Source: Lama guanicoe (Eukaryota). From it: DNA of 64,000 nucleotides. The stretch spans positions 4,537,757 to 4,601,756 of the forward strand of contig MU054187.1 in the NCBI GenBank assembly GCA_013239625.1. The letters run 5' to 3'. The notes under the pieces were generated by a model. That model did not search any database. It was not told where the DNA came from and saw only the letters and a program-made list of their open reading frames with translations. The position numbers and the translations under genes are program-made. This document shows positions 1-13,539 of this stretch, in pieces. Every line of letters begins with the position of its first letter. The first letter of the stretch is position 1.

Positions 1-2581
1 CCTAGGATGCGTAGCTGACAATGGGGTGCTGTGCTCCCCGAAGAACACTGGGGAAAGTCTGCTCCAAGGGTTCTGGGGCTGACCAAGCGTGCAGACACCC
101 ACCCAGGAAATTTAGGGACAGAAACAGGGGAGGGGGCAAGCCAAGGCCACTTCCAGGACTGAAGGTCTAAGCAGCTCAAGTAGCGATCCTGGTCTTGACC
201 TTGTTGTTGCTGCTCTGACTCCTAAGTGCTCAGAGCGCCTTAACCCCTGGCAGCTATTCTTGTCCCTCAAAATGAAGCCCTAAATATTTTGCCAAGTGGT
301 GATGTCGCGGATGAGGTCTGATGGCTCCAGTGGGACAACACTGATGCCTTCTCCCCCGCACGCAGGGCAGCTGGCCTGCAGGGCCCACCCGGCTCAGAGG
401 CTTCTCCATGACTCAGAGTTTGTGACTTTCAGGGTCCCAACTCCCTGGCCACGCAGCGCAGCCAGAGGTTCCCCAGTGAGAAGCAGGGAGAGGACCCCCT
501 AGAACAAGCCAGGGTTGGTGGTGGGGAGGCTGGAGCTGCTGGGCCAACGCCTAGGGTGAGGCCGGCTGCTCAGCAGAGCCCACCCAACTTTCAATTCTGT
601 GGGCAAAAAATAAAATCGCCCCCACCTCTTCGCACTAGTTTGAGTTGGCTTTCCGTGGCTTTCAAAAGAGTTCTGGCTACTGGCCTGCATATGGTGCCTC
701 TGAGAACATTTCTGTTTAAGGACAGTGAATACTCTCAGACCTGAGCCAGTTTCTTGGACACCTGCTCTCCTTGGAAGCTTGGTCCAAATGAAGATTTCAT
801 AGAGCATCAGAGCAGGACCACAGGGAAGGGGTCCATGGGCTGTTAAGACGGTCTGGGCCATAAAGCGCCATGCGGCCAGCCCAAGCCCGGGGCTCCCTCC
901 GCCAGGAGGTGAACTGCTCTCTGATACATGGTGGTTATAGGAAAACTGGGAAAAACTAAGACAAAAAGAAAGAGAGGAACATTTCTCCCGAATTCTCATG
1001 ACACTTGTAGGTAACGATGTTGCTAATCCTTGTCTATCCCTCCCACGCCCATTAAACACACACACGGGGCTGTGTCTCGTTCACTATGATTGTTTCGAGA
1101 TGGATCGCTGTGCAGGCCTCATGGTCAGGATTAATGATCAATTAAAATAGTGAGTGAGTGACGGCACGAAGTGTCACTGCACCAGGTGGTTCTTCCAAAC
1201 ATTCCAAGCCCCGCTGAGAAATCATACTTGCAAGGCACCCAGGGGTAAATGAGGCTCCCTGCAGCTGGAGATGACAGGCCAGGCTTCCTTGACGCCCAAG
1301 CCCTGCTTAGCTACCTAATCTTAGGTACATCTCATGACACGGTTCGGGGCAGCTCAGGTGGAGTTCTGCAGGGCACTGGGCTTTGGAGTCGGACTTGCAT
1401 TCAGTCTTGACTCAGAGACTTGCTAGGTTTTTGAGCTTCAGTAACATCAGATGCAGGTATCCCATCTACTGCATTCTGTTCTCCCAAGATGCCCAAATGG
1501 AGTCTTCTTTCCACCCAAAGGATCAAAGCTCAGCGGCACAGGGCTCTCCTGAGCCCTGGTCCCAGGACAGTGTCCTCCTTGGTATTCCAAATGCAGCCCA
1601 TATAAACTGGATTCGTTTTGGGAAACAACAAAGGAGAATCACATGAGTGATCAGATTTTATTTTTGTTTTAGAGTAAGATACAATTATAGAGTAAATGGT
1701 GCATTGATCATTCTTATGCAGTTTTTCAAAATCTATCTTAGAATCATTCCAAAAACACAGCTCCCGGGTATTTTAAGAACTGACACCTCTGTGGGGATGT
1801 GTACAGAGCATCTCCCACAATAACTGCTCCGCAGGGCAGGCTTCATTTAGATGCATGAGTTCCAGCCAGTTTACTGAGAAGCATATGTCCTTGCCGTAAC
1901 ACCTTACAGCTTCAGGCACTTCGGAAACACCCAGTCCTCTTAGTGTGGGGACTTGGAAAGTATTGTTTGTCTGGGTTTGAGTCCCTCTCGCTGTCAAAGA
2001 GATTTAGTCTAAGAGCATTCATTGGTGGGACACACCCAATAGGTATGGGGTTTGTCTTGCCCCAACCCAAACAGAGCCTGGTGACCCTGCTCCGCCCCCG
2101 GTGTGGAAGGGACTCCGACTATAATCATTAGCAATGAGGGGCAAGGCTACTCTTTAATTTCTATATTTGTCACTTTTTAAAAATCATTATGCTAAGTTCA
2201 AGCTCAGCTCTTAAAATTCTTTTTTTTGGAACAAAAGCGGAGTTCAACCACCATGTGAGTTTTCTTTCTAACATGATGGAAAACTATATCAAATGGCTGT
2301 TTTAATGAAGACTCCGTTGAAATAAGATATAGTATGTGATGGTATATTATGTATATTCATGGCTTCGTGTATCAGGCCACACTATATTATATGAATTGTT
2401 GGTATGTCATGCCCTATTAATAACAGTCACCAAAATAGACCCTGTCTCTAATGAGAAAAAATCAAATAAAAGTGGGAACCGGCCTCTAATACGTGTGTCT
2501 ATTAGTCAGGTGTGAGCAGGAGCCGAGGGCTCTCCAAGCATAATCACACTGAATCCTTGCAGTAAACTTGAGAGTGTGGTT

Positions 2582-2640
2582 CCCAGCCACGCCCCCAGCC
2601 ACGCCCCCAGCCACGCCCCGGCCCTGCCCCGCCCCTCCAG
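2582..2640. promoter_or_regulatory. 3x 12-bp tandem repeat (CCCAGCCACGCC) forming KLF/SP sites, followed by a GC box
   Basis: Three perfect units at 2582-2617, each with GCCACGCCC, then GCCCCGCCCC, in a locally CpG-enriched stretch (2.5-3.25 kb). Confidence 0.45.
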
Positions 2641-3297
2641 CTGAGGAATTGGAGGCCCAGCCCACCGGGAAGGATTCTGATTCTGCATTTTCAATCTAGG
2701 GCGTTATCTCAGGGCCTGAGTTCCCTGAGTGAAGCCTGGAGGATGCTGAGATCCAACCCAGCACTTGAAGGGAGATGGTTCTCTTTTCTCCCTGTGAGAC
2801 ACGGCGCATCTCTCTGACGGGCCGTCTGGGACAGGAGCCGGGAGGTCAGACCATGTTTCCCTCCGTAGAGGCCAAGCTGACCCAGGGGTCCCCTCAGGCA
2901 CGGTGGCCTTCAGTCCGCCTGGAGGTGGGTGGCCGGGATGGGGTGGGAGGGAAAGCCTCTCAGAGTAGGAAGGGGCTCCTTTAAAGCTGCCTGTCTCCGT
3001 CCCTGCCCACGAGAGTGGGTCCCCCCCAACCCCGGCCCTCACTGGCAAATGCCTGCTCCCTCCCCCGTCTCAGACTGAGCTCTGCACCGCCTTCCCTGCC
3101 GCCCCCATCAGGACGCCGCAGCGCTTTCGGCAGATCTGTCCTCCTTCCATTATTTGCTCGTGCGTGGATCATCTTCGCCCTGGCGTAAAGCAGTCAGCTC
3201 CACGGGGAGAGGGGCGGTGGTGTCTTGCTGTACGATGTGCTGCCAGTGTTTAACCGCAGGTCCTGGGACACAGCTCAGAGTCACAACAGACATGTCT

Positions 3298-3950
3298 TTT
3301 TTTTTTTTTTTTAACATTTTTTATCGATTTATAATCATTTTACAATGTTATGTCAGATTCCAGTGTAGAGCACAATTTCTCAGTTACACATGAACATATA
3401 TATATTCATTGTCACATTTTATTTTCTGTGAGCTACCATAAGATCTTGTATATATTTCCCTGTGCTGTACAGTATAATCTTGTTTATCTATTCTACAATT
3501 TTGAAATCCCGTCTATCCCTTCCCACCCTCCGCCCCCTTGGCAACCACAAGTTTGTATTCTATGTCTATGAGTCTATTTCTGTTTTGTATTTATGCTTTG
3601 TTTGTTTGTTTTTTTTTTTTTTAGATTCCACACATGAGCGATCTCATATGGTATTTTTCTTTCTCTTTCTGGCTTACTTCACTTAGAATGACATTCTCAG
3701 GGGCATCCATGTTGCTGTAAATGGCGTTATGTTGTCGGTTTTTATGGCTGAGTAGTATTCCATTGTGTAAATATACCACATCTTCTTTATCAAGTCATCC
3801 GTTGATGGACATTTAGGCTGTTTCCATGTCTTGGCTACTGTAAATAGTGCTGCTGTGAACATTGGGGTGCAGGTGTCATTTTGAAGTAGGGCTCCTTCTG
3901 GACATATGCCCAGGAGTGGGATTCCTGGGTCATATGGTAAGTATTCCTAG
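3298..3950 (-). mobile_element. Lineage-specific 5'-truncated L1 (3' UTR and ORF2 end) with TSD
   Basis: Poly-T, L1 3' motifs (gtagtattccattg, gatggacatttaggctgtttcca) and a 17-bp TSD cacaacagaca(t/c)gtctt starting at 3282 and 3951. Confidence 0.92.
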
Positions 3951-4072
3951 CACAACAGACACGTCTTGGAGTAAACAGTGTAAATTCCTTAAGGCAGAGT
4001 CTTTGTCTTATTCGCTGTTATATTATGAGTTCAATTTAGGTAACAGAGAATGATGGAGTTAGGAGGCCACCA

Positions 4073-4518
4073 TGTTACCACCTCCAGTTGACCCTGAGCC
4101 TCATTTTATGCTCACTGCAATGCATCAGCACATGCTAAACAAGCCAGCCACCGGCGCCATGACAGTTGACGATTGCCATGACAACAACCAGAACAGCCCA
4201 TACAAAGACTGAAGAGAAGAGCTGCATCATTTCTGGGCCTAAACCACACCCCTGTTCTCAGCTAACTCCCACTCTTTCCTCTTGCTCTTTCCAATTCCCT
4301 CCCTTTTACCTAGACTCACCTTTATATTTGGTGTCTCCACCCAAATTGGGTTGAGAAGTTGGTTTGCAAGGTAGATTCCCACTTCTCCAGTCTTTGGCCA
4401 TTGCCTAAAGCCTGTGCTGTTCCAACCTCAACATCAGTTTCATTACTGGCTCCGTGAAACCTCCCTGGCCTGGACAAAGGGGTCTCACTCTGGCTAGGAC
4501 CTGACCAGTTTGGTAACA
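4073..4518. mobile_element. Candidate solo LTR
   Basis: 446 bp bounded by perfect inverted termini TGTTACCA...TGGTAACA, with an internal TATA-like tttatatt. No clear TSD. Confidence 0.5.
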
Positions 4519-7500
4519 GATGCAGTGAAATTTGATACCTTGACAGCGATCTAGGATAGAAGGTGCCACCAGGACGTCCATGTCCACCTACGCCTTCCCT
4601 CCACTTCCTGCTGCCCCTCCCAGGACCTCAAACTTACAAGAAAGGCCAAGGAGAGACTCCCACAAGGGGAAGGAAGCCTAGTGGTGAGTGCTCCGAGAGG
4701 GAAGCTGCAGACCCGAGTTCTAGTCCTGCCTCGGCCACCAGCCCCCGACGGGAACGCAGGGGAGGGATCCTCTGCAACCCTGGTTCTCTTCCTGGAACAG
4801 ACAGCTCCCACCTCATCTAAGATTCTAGGGAGGAGATCTCTCTGTCTGAACTTCTGCTTCATAGACTCGGCAACCATTCATTTGTAGGACGATTTGGAAA
4901 CTTGCTACGAATGAAGAGAAGCAATTTCCTTCAGAGTCAGGAGTTTTGATAAAATGACTGTAATTTCTTAGATTTGAGACAGGGAAAAAGAAATAAGAAC
5001 TCAAACCCCGCCAGGAAAACCCTTCCAAGTGTAACAGAAAATGAAACAAAACTCCCAGGGCCCCTCAACAAGGGTCAAAGTCATTCATTCCTTCATTCAA
5101 TCCAGTCAATCATTGGAACCATACTGTCCAAAGCCGCGTCTCTAACAACAAAAAAAACCTCATGATATAAAAATTTTCTTGAAACCTAAGTCTTGATTGG
5201 CTGAACTGAGCAACAAAATGACATGGCCCCCATCCTGAAGAGGAAAGAAGTTTTGCTTAAATGTCTTCATCCCGGGACATTTAATGGACGTCCTACTATG
5301 TGTAAGTCATCGTGCTCTGGCACAGCAGGGAAGGTTTAATGCAGAACATGAATGAGGAGGATAAAGGACTGGTAGACCTTGTGCGTGTGGACTTGGAAGG
5401 TAGGGGCCCGACAAGCAAACACCAGGGGTGGGAAATACCAGGCTTACATGAAGGATTCAGTTCCTCTGCCTGCTGGGTGTGTGAGTATCAGCAGAGGGCA
5501 GCGGTACCGGAAAGGCAGCTTAAGGGTTAACGAATTTGAGTTCTGCTCTGTAGCCATTTAGGCTAATTCCTTAAGAACCATCTTATTTTTTTAACAGAAG
5601 CTCCATGCTTTAGGAGTTGTTTAGCCCATTTTTTTGTTTGTTTGTTAAATGATGCTGGAATGTTTGGAGTGTCCCTGGTAGCCTACAGGCAGCTGGGGAG
5701 CGGGGAGCTGAAGCCCAGACCACAGCAGCAGAAACGAAACCTCTGATCAGAATGGATGCTTGAAGCACAGTGAGTTGGAAGCGTCTCAGGATCTCTTTCC
5801 CCATTTATATTTTTTATTCTCTTGTTAAATATTATGCAGTGAAAAATAAACATGCCTTCTCATCCACCAGACAAGGCTGGTTTCCCCGTCGGGGGACCTT
5901 GTCACCCCCTTCATACACACCCCTGGTTCTAGTCCAAAACCTTCCCTACACCTCCCATCCACTTATACCCTTACTATCCCCGTCTTCCAGGGTGATGAGG
6001 CCCCAGAAATGGGGTCACAGGATGGAAAGAGGAGCAGTGGGGGAGCCCCCCTGTACTGTCAAATCTGGGTGGGTCAAGGAGCGCCCAACACCCATAGGTG
6101 GAGAATGGGGGTGTTCAGGGAGAGATTAGGGTGTTAAGGATACAGGCATATGGAGTCTACCGGGGAAGGAGAGAGGCTCCCCTCCCCCTGAGGAAGTGGA
6201 GGAAAGGGAGCGGGTGTGGCCCTCTTACACACCCCCACTAGCTCCTGGGGACTGGGGGACCCACGCGCTGTGGCACCCCTTCCCGGTAGATGAGAGCAGC
6301 TCCAGAGCCGTGAGGGTCACAGCCTCGGGCAGCACGGGGAGATGGAGCGGGTGGGTTGCGGCTGGAGGGTTTGGAAACCCTCCACTGGGTCCCGACACCT
6401 GTTCCGGGCCTGGAGCTCCCCGCTCCGGCCTGAGTTAGTTAGAAAGAGCTGAGGCTGAAGTCACAGCTGGGAAGATCCACTCAGGTGGTGCGGGGAGCTC
6501 CCTGAGCATCCGGAAACAGGCAGGAGCGAAACAGCCCGTAAACATGTGATGCTCCCCCAGCGGCTCTCGCCTGGGTTCTCAGAGACTTTTCCCGGCAGCC
6601 CTGGGAGCCTCAGGAGGTACTCACATGTTTCTGGCGCAGGCCAGGCTCTTCTCCGGGTGATCACAGTCCCCTGCTGGAAAGCATTCTCAGACGCCCCCGG
6701 CCCGCACACCAGAGATTTGTTCGGAGTTGGCCCACGGACCTGCGTCTGTAGCAGCTTCCACGGTGCTTTTGTAGGAAAACTGGGCTGTGGAGAAAAAGCA
6801 GGGACAAATTATCAGGGAGAAAACCATTGACAAGATAAGCGATGGTTTAGCCCATTGGCTCTAAGTACCTGGAAGGCTCTCAGAAGGGTGTGTCTGCTCA
6901 TCTGCAGGCTGTCCTTGGCAAGGAGGTAAGGGGGAAACACAAAATGTACAGCAGCCCTGTTCAAAGGGGAGGGGCTCTGGGAACTGGTGCTGGTCTGCAG
7001 AATGACTGCTGCTGGTTCACAAAGAGATGCGGAGGGAAAGAGCGAGTAAATGTTCCAGGAAATGTTCAGAAACGTTTATGGCAACTTGAGGTGCCTGCAA
7101 CATTCAGGCATAAGATCAGGAGGTCTGTCTCCCTGGGCAAATAAAACACTGGTCCGCAACAGACTGGAAACAAAAGCAACAACAATGAACACAAACAAAA
7201 AGGCAAACAGATGCTTCACGGCACCTCGTTAAGCAGCAGTGCTGTGGCGAGCCCGGTGGGGAGGGGACTGGATGCCGGTGGCTTATCATCAGTACGCCTT
7301 GAGTGCCAGCTGGGTGGCAGCAGCGGGGGAAGGAGGGATGAACGTTGTCTTCGAGGAGCTCACAGGGCAGCTGGGGATGCAGACAGGACACCCAATGCCT
7401 GTAACCCAACTGGAGAGACACTGGGACAGAGATCACTCCAGGTCCTAGTTTACTGCCCAGCACATCCCCAACAAGGATGCTCCTCTTGGCCATCTGGGCT

Positions 7501-7529
7501 GCCTGGTGTTGATGATGACAATGTCCATT

Positions 7530-7775
7530 TATTGAGCCCTTCCATGGTGCCAGACTCTAAATTTAAAACTTTACAAGCATTATTTATTTAATCCCCACAA
7601 GAACCCTCTGGGATGGGTAACTTATTGTCACTTTCAATTTATAGATACGGAAATTGGGGCTCAGAGAGGAGAAAAAAGGATTGTGTTCAAGATTTAATCA
7701 ACGGAACCCCCAGAATTCACAGATTGCCTGACTTCAGGACTCGAATCCTGAACTCCACCTCCACTGCCTTTAGCT
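7530..7775 (-). mobile_element. MIR SINE
   Basis: MIR core-like ttatagatacggaaattggggctcagagagg. Confidence 0.65.
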
Positions 7776-7879
7776 GACCTGCTGTCCTTGTCTATTTAGT
7801 GGAGGGGAAAGAGAGACTCTGACCTTCTGGAAGGCATTTCCTCTTTAGCAGCTTGCAAACGGTGGGCACATGGCAGGTG

Positions 7880-8280
7880 CTGGTGACGGAGCAGATGACC
7901 GTCCAGCAGATACTCATCCCCTCCCTCCCCAACTAGATCCCAAGAAGATGTGTACATCCCCACGCCACGGACGGCGAAGGCGGCCCTGTGACTTGTTTGG
8001 CCAATAGAACGTGTCAGCTCTGCCCGCAAGGGCATCACGCGTCTCCTCCTGCCCCTCCTGTGCTTCTGCCAGTCCTTGGAGATCCAGGGGTCTGGCGAGG
8101 ACAGAAAGCAGATGGAGTGGACCTGGATCCATTTCACCGCTGAGAAGCAAGCTCAACAAAGCCAGCCTCCACCAGCCAACACCCACCTCACAGGCAGGTG
8201 AGGGACTAAGAAATAAGTTTATTGTTGCCCATCCCCGAGGCTTCATCATTGGCAGTGTTCATGTTGTAGCAATTCCTGGT
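7880..8280 (+). mobile_element. MLT1 (ERVL-MaLR) LTR
   Basis: cctgtgacttgtttggccaatagaa...aaataagtttattgtt...tgttgtagcaat, typical of MLT1 LTRs. Confidence 0.7.
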
Positions 8281-9939
8281 GAACAAAATAATCAAGAAAT
8301 ATTTGTTGAATAATTACTCTGGTGCCATGGGGGATACCAGGAAAGGCACTGATTCAGCGGAAGGGGAAAGAAAGGGATCCTCCCAGGGGAGCACTTTCTG
8401 GAGTTATTTACTGAAGTTTATCCATGAATGGAACCCCAGTGCTGCACCCAGCACCCAGCACAGGATTAACATAAACTAGATGAATGAATAACAAAAATGT
8501 AGATTAACATAAAGCGATGTGTATGAGCTAGAATGGACTTTTTAGTCTACAGGATTAAAGTGGTTAATACTGAAGTTTACAACTTAAAAGCATAGTGTCC
8601 CTTAAATTTTATCACAGTTCAGTGTCTCAAGGCTGAGAGGTCACGGCCATCCCTTTGTCACTCCGCATCCACTGAGGTCACACGGAGCCAATGCTGAAGG
8701 TACAGTCCTTCCCTTCTCTCTCAAAATGGGCATGTGGACTCAGTACCTGCGTCTCTCCTTTGCTGCTAAGGCTCAAAGCCAAAGTGATAAACTGCCACGA
8801 GCTAGCGAGTCTGCCTGGGATTGCCAGTAGGGAAGAAAGTCAGAGGCGTCGGCAAGCTTCCAAGAAAGGCTGCTCTCAAAAGATCCTGGCTGGGTTTTCG
8901 CAGATGCAAGAGGTTTAAGTAAACATCCAAACTTGCACAGGCTTATCAAGACCAAACCTCTGAACGTGTCATACACGAAAACATCTAAAGCAAGGGAGGA
9001 AGAAAGGCTGTGAGAGCTCATGAATAAAAACCACAGCCGACAGAAAGCACCCCCTTGGCCCTGCTGGTTCCCACAGACGGAGGTCACGCAGAGTTTAGAA
9101 CAGATCGGTCAAAGCCACCAGCCCATGGAGGTTACGTCTGAAACAAAGTAAGAAGGGTGCCATGTCCTCTTCCTGACGACAAAAGGCAGGTTTGCATGTC
9201 GCAGCGCATCTAGAAGTGTAAGCGGGTTTCCCTGAAGAATGTACCTCTATTTGATCTCCATGAATATTTGATGCGCCCGTATTCCTGGGTTTTCAGCTTG
9301 TCTGCCGCGTAAGCAGACGGCTAATGACATAAAAACTCGGAACTTACTAAAACATCGGAATCCCAGGCCGTCTGGGTTATTTTGAATACCAAATTGAGTA
9401 TCTGAATGGTTTAAAGTGCCTAATTCTCACTACCTTGATTAGATGTTTAAATTCTATACCTGGATTAACTAATGAAGTCACAATCACGGAAAAGTTGAGA
9501 AATAAGGCATGATAGGGTCTTTTAAAAAAATCATTTATTCCTTAAAATGGAGGATGTAAAAAAATCTTATGCCAACCCCGTCTACCTTGACTACTTATGT
9601 AACACACGTTATAAAGGAAGCTAATTTTCTTCCATGTTGCTCAAAATGTCTTATTTTATTGGTATTAAAACTGGTTGGCCTACTGGTTCCAAAAATCACC
9701 GGACGTGTCCAAGTGTCACTAGCTTTATTCTATTTTTCAGTGATGCTCTGTTCCCTCTTCCCGTCTACCTCCTGAGAGATCCATTTCTTCCTAGCGGCTC
9801 CCCAAATTATTGATAAAGGTCTTGGCAATTAATTAATGTTGTTCTATCTGCTGACTTTTCAGATAGGTCCAGAGGAACAAGCCCATGCCTCTGGGGACAC
9901 GGGGAATAAAGCAGAAGGACTGTGTCCTCTGCTCCCTTT

Positions 9940-10070
9940 AATGAAAAAGAATATGAAAACAAATATATCTATGTATGTGCATGACTGGGACACTGTGCTG
10001 TACAGCAGGAATGGACACATTGTAACCTCTGACTGTACTTCAATAAAATATATATATATTAAAAAATATA
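9940..10070 (+). mobile_element. L1 extreme 3' tail
   Basis: aatgaaaaagaatatg...gactgtacttcaataaaa, matching the tail of the L1 at 11935-12060. Confidence 0.85.
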
Positions 10071-10715
10071 TACATTATTTATTGGTTTGTCTGGTTATTG
10101 TTTTTTTCTCCCAGTAGCATTTAAGCTTCAGGAGAACAGTGACTTCACTCATTACTCTCTCGCCAATGCCTAGAACAGTGCCTGACGCATACAGATTTGT
10201 GGAATGAATGGGGATCTGTGTTCTAGCACTAATCCCACCGCAAACTTGCTGTGTGACTTTGAGTCAGTAACCTTTTGGGCCCTGGATATCTTGTCCTCTA
10301 TAAATGAGGCGGTTGGAGAACTTAATTTCTGAGTTACTGTCCTTCTCTAAAATTTGGTAAAATTTGTACATGTAAACCCTCTGTCTGCCTCATGTTTTAA
10401 CAAAGGCATTGCAAACAATTATTTTTATATACTGTAAAAGAATGTCAGAAAAGATGTTTTAAGAAGAAAAGGAAGATGGGAAGGGAGAGCCTAAGGGAGC
10501 GAGAGGGAAAAAGAGAAGAAAAAAAGATGAGGAAGAGGAAGAAGAGAAGGAACCACTTAGGGTCCCAAGAATCAGAAATAATCACTGTTAGGGTTTTTTG
10601 TGTGTTCTGGCCAATCTTTTTACTAGGGGTGTTTATTTCCCTTCCCCATTCTTTAGAATGGTAACTTTTTATAAATTCCCAATTGCACTTAATGTTTTGT
10701 ACTCATATTTCCACA

Positions 10716-11100
10716 TGTATTAGTCAGAGGTTTATGTGCAAACAACGAAAGCTGATTGACTCTGGCTGAAATTAGCAGAAGAGGAATTTATGAAAAGAAT
10801 ATTGAATAGGTCACAGACTCATCCAGATGGCTGGTGAATCAGGGCTGGAGCTCCTTGGCCAAAAGTAGTACTGAAAATGATACCACAGAACTGAAAAGTG
10901 TGAATGTAGCTATTGCCATGCAATCTATCACCAGAATGACTTTCTTCTGCATCACCAGGTCAACACACGACTAGCAAAGGCCTACCATGCACACACCCCT
11001 TAGCCCCAAGAGAGCCAGGACGACGAATATCTGGCATTTTCAGCTTCTGTAGTTGAAGCTGAATTAAGCTCCAAAAGATAAGGAATTAGCCAAATATATT
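10716..11100 (-). mobile_element. Old MLT1-type LTR
   Basis: Starts tgtattagtcag...gcaaacaac..aaa...gactctggctga..ttagcagaa; the 3' boundary is approximate. Confidence 0.65.
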
Positions 11101-11247
11101 TCCTCACAAGTGCTACGTGGCCTAAAATAAAAGACAAATTTCCACTGCAGCTCACTCTTAAGACACACACACACACACACACACAAGATGCAATTACAAT
11201 GCAATTAACCCTCTGAAAATATGCTCGCCATTGTCCCAAAAGTAATT

Positions 11248-12066
11248 AATGACCATCATTAAAAAGTCCACAAACGATAAATGCTGGAGAGGGTGTGGAG
11301 AAAAGGGAACCCTCCTACACTGTTGATGGGAATGCAGTTTGATGCAGCCATTATGGAAAACAGTATGGAGAGTCCTCAAAAAACTAAAAGTGGATTTATT
11401 ATGTGATCCAGAGGGAACTGGGTGTATATCCAGAGGGAACTCTAATTTGAAAAGATACATGCACCCCAGTGTTCATAGCAGCACTGTTTACAATAGCCAA
11501 GACATAGAAACAACCTAAATGTCCAACAAAAGATGACTGGATAAAGAAGCTATGGTATATTTATACAATGGAATACTACTCAGCCATAAAAATGATAAAA
11601 ATAATGCCATTTGCAGCAACATTGATGGCCCTGGAGAATATCATTCTAAGTGAAGTAAGCCAGAAGGAGAAGGAAAAATACCATATGATATCACTCATAT
11701 GTAGAATCTAAAAAAAAGAAAGAAGACACCAATGAACTTATCTACAAAACAGAAACAGATTCACAGACATAGTAAATAACCATAATCTTATGGTTACTGG
11801 GGGAAAAGGGGGCAAGAAGGAATAAATTGGGAGTTCAAGATTTGCAAATATTAACTACTATGTATAAAATAGATAAACAACAAATTTCTTCTGTAGAGCA
11901 CAGGGAACTATATTCAATCTCCTGTAATAACCTATAATGGAAAAGAATATGAAAAGAAATATATGTATGTATATGTATGACTGAAACATTATGTCATATA
12001 TCAGAAATAATCGATGCATTGTAAACTGACTATACTTCAATTAAAAAAGTAAGAAATAAAAAATAA
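11248..12066 (+). mobile_element. 5'-truncated L1 (ORF2 C-terminus, 3' UTR, A-rich tail)
   Basis: aaatgctggagagggtgtggagaaaagggaaccctcctacac...caatggaatactactcagccataaa...tatacttcaattaaaaaa. Confidence 0.95.
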
Positions 12067-12181
12067 ATTCCCATTAATTACGGCAGCCATCATGATCCAG
12101 AATGTCAAAATTATGTTCATTCTTTCCTTAGTTCTGTCATAATCTTTTCTTTTTATTTTGTAGCCTATGGACTAAATGGTA

Positions 12182-12221
<40 letters not shown>

Positions 12222-12724
12222 AATGGATAAAAGGCAAAGAAAGAAGAGCAGTAGTTACTAAAGATATGCAAGAAAACAAGGACTGAAATACAATTGCACG
12301 TTCGAGTTCTTCTTTCTGTAACTGGTCCTCAGGCTTTATTTAATAATTACGTCTTGCCTCCTCACCTACCGAGTCCTTTTGCCTTCAGCCAGCATTTTAC
12401 AGGATGTTGAAAATGTTTGTTTCTGAGGGCTGGGTTCCCTTGGTAGTACTTCTTTTATTGACTTCCTTTGGTTTTTTTATGTGCCACTGGCCAGCTCCTA
12501 ACTACTATAGTTTACTAACAGCTGGATTTTTTCGCAGAGTTAGTCACCCCAGTAAACCGTAACCCTATTTTCTTGCCTGATTGTCCAGTTCACAATCTCA
12601 GCATAACCAGCTACATAATTTGCAGAGCCCGGTGCAAAATGGCATCCTGTGTGACCGCAGTGGCCACGTGCCTGTGATCCAGACCTGAGCCTCAGTTTTG
12701 AACTCTGGGGAACACGCACTGTGT

Positions 12725-13142
12725 CCCACAGTAGACTGTATTTTATTGCTGCTTCAACACGAATTCCATTCCACATGCTCATCTTCCAATGTGCCGTTAA
12801 CACTCCCTCACTGACAGGTGAGGTCTGTGTTCCTCTGCCTTCAACCTCCCTCCTTCCCTCCCTCCCTCCCTCCCTCCTTCCGTGTACTCCAAGACCTCTG
12901 AGCTGTGCTGACGGTATCATTCTGGGAAAGATCACATGAAGATGTGATATATGGTGAGATACCAGTGCAGGTACCAGACTTGTGAATGAAGAAGTTTTGG
13001 AGACGACCCCAGCACCAGCCACCATCTGACTGCAATCGCAAGTCAAATACCCCCAATTATTTCACCCAAAGAAGCCATGATAGATAATAAATGATGACTA
13101 CTATTTTAAGCCACTAAGTCTATTTTCACAGCAACGGTAACA
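12725..13142 (+). mobile_element. MLT1 LTR
   Basis: ccagccaccatctgactgcaa...ataataaatg...ttttaagccactaag...cagcaacggtaaca. Confidence 0.75.
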
Positions 13143-13404
13143 GCCATGTCCCTTGAACAAATGAGATCTCTAACCAGCAGGGTCCAAGTCTTGAGCATGG
13201 GAAGCAAAACTATTATTCGGGAGGGTCCCTGAGTCTAAAAGCGAGCGATGCTGCTCCATCTTACTCCCACTGCTTCCCGGCACATCGAGTTCTATATACA
13301 GGGAGAACAGCACCACATGTGGACTCAGGTTCAGACCTAACACTGACCCCCTTTAGGGCAGCACCACCCACTTGGAAGGGTGGTTTTTTCCTGTCAATAA
13401 GTAG

Positions 13405-13535
13405 AATGATCACATAATTTATCATTCAAAACTGGGCATTTTGTTCTCAAAATGAAGCACTTTAAAGAATTATTCTGGAACGAAAGGCATAAACCAGGGT
13501 CATCGTAGGCAAACTGGGGCATACGGTCACCCAAC
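13405..13535. mobile_element. hAT-Blackjack-type MITE (MER81/MER94-like)
   Basis: cataatttatcattcaaaactggg...ggcaaactggggcatacggtcaccc. Confidence 0.6.
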
Positions 13536-13539
13536 CATT

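Noticed and set aside
499..1065. Longest ORF (188 aa, minus strand)
   Set aside because: Non-ATG start, no recognisable domain, no supporting splice structure; likely chance.
11242..12081. 10-bp inverted repeat (gtaattaatg/cattaattac) flanking an L1
   Set aside because: AT-rich and self-palindromic, partly inside the L1 consensus; probably chance.
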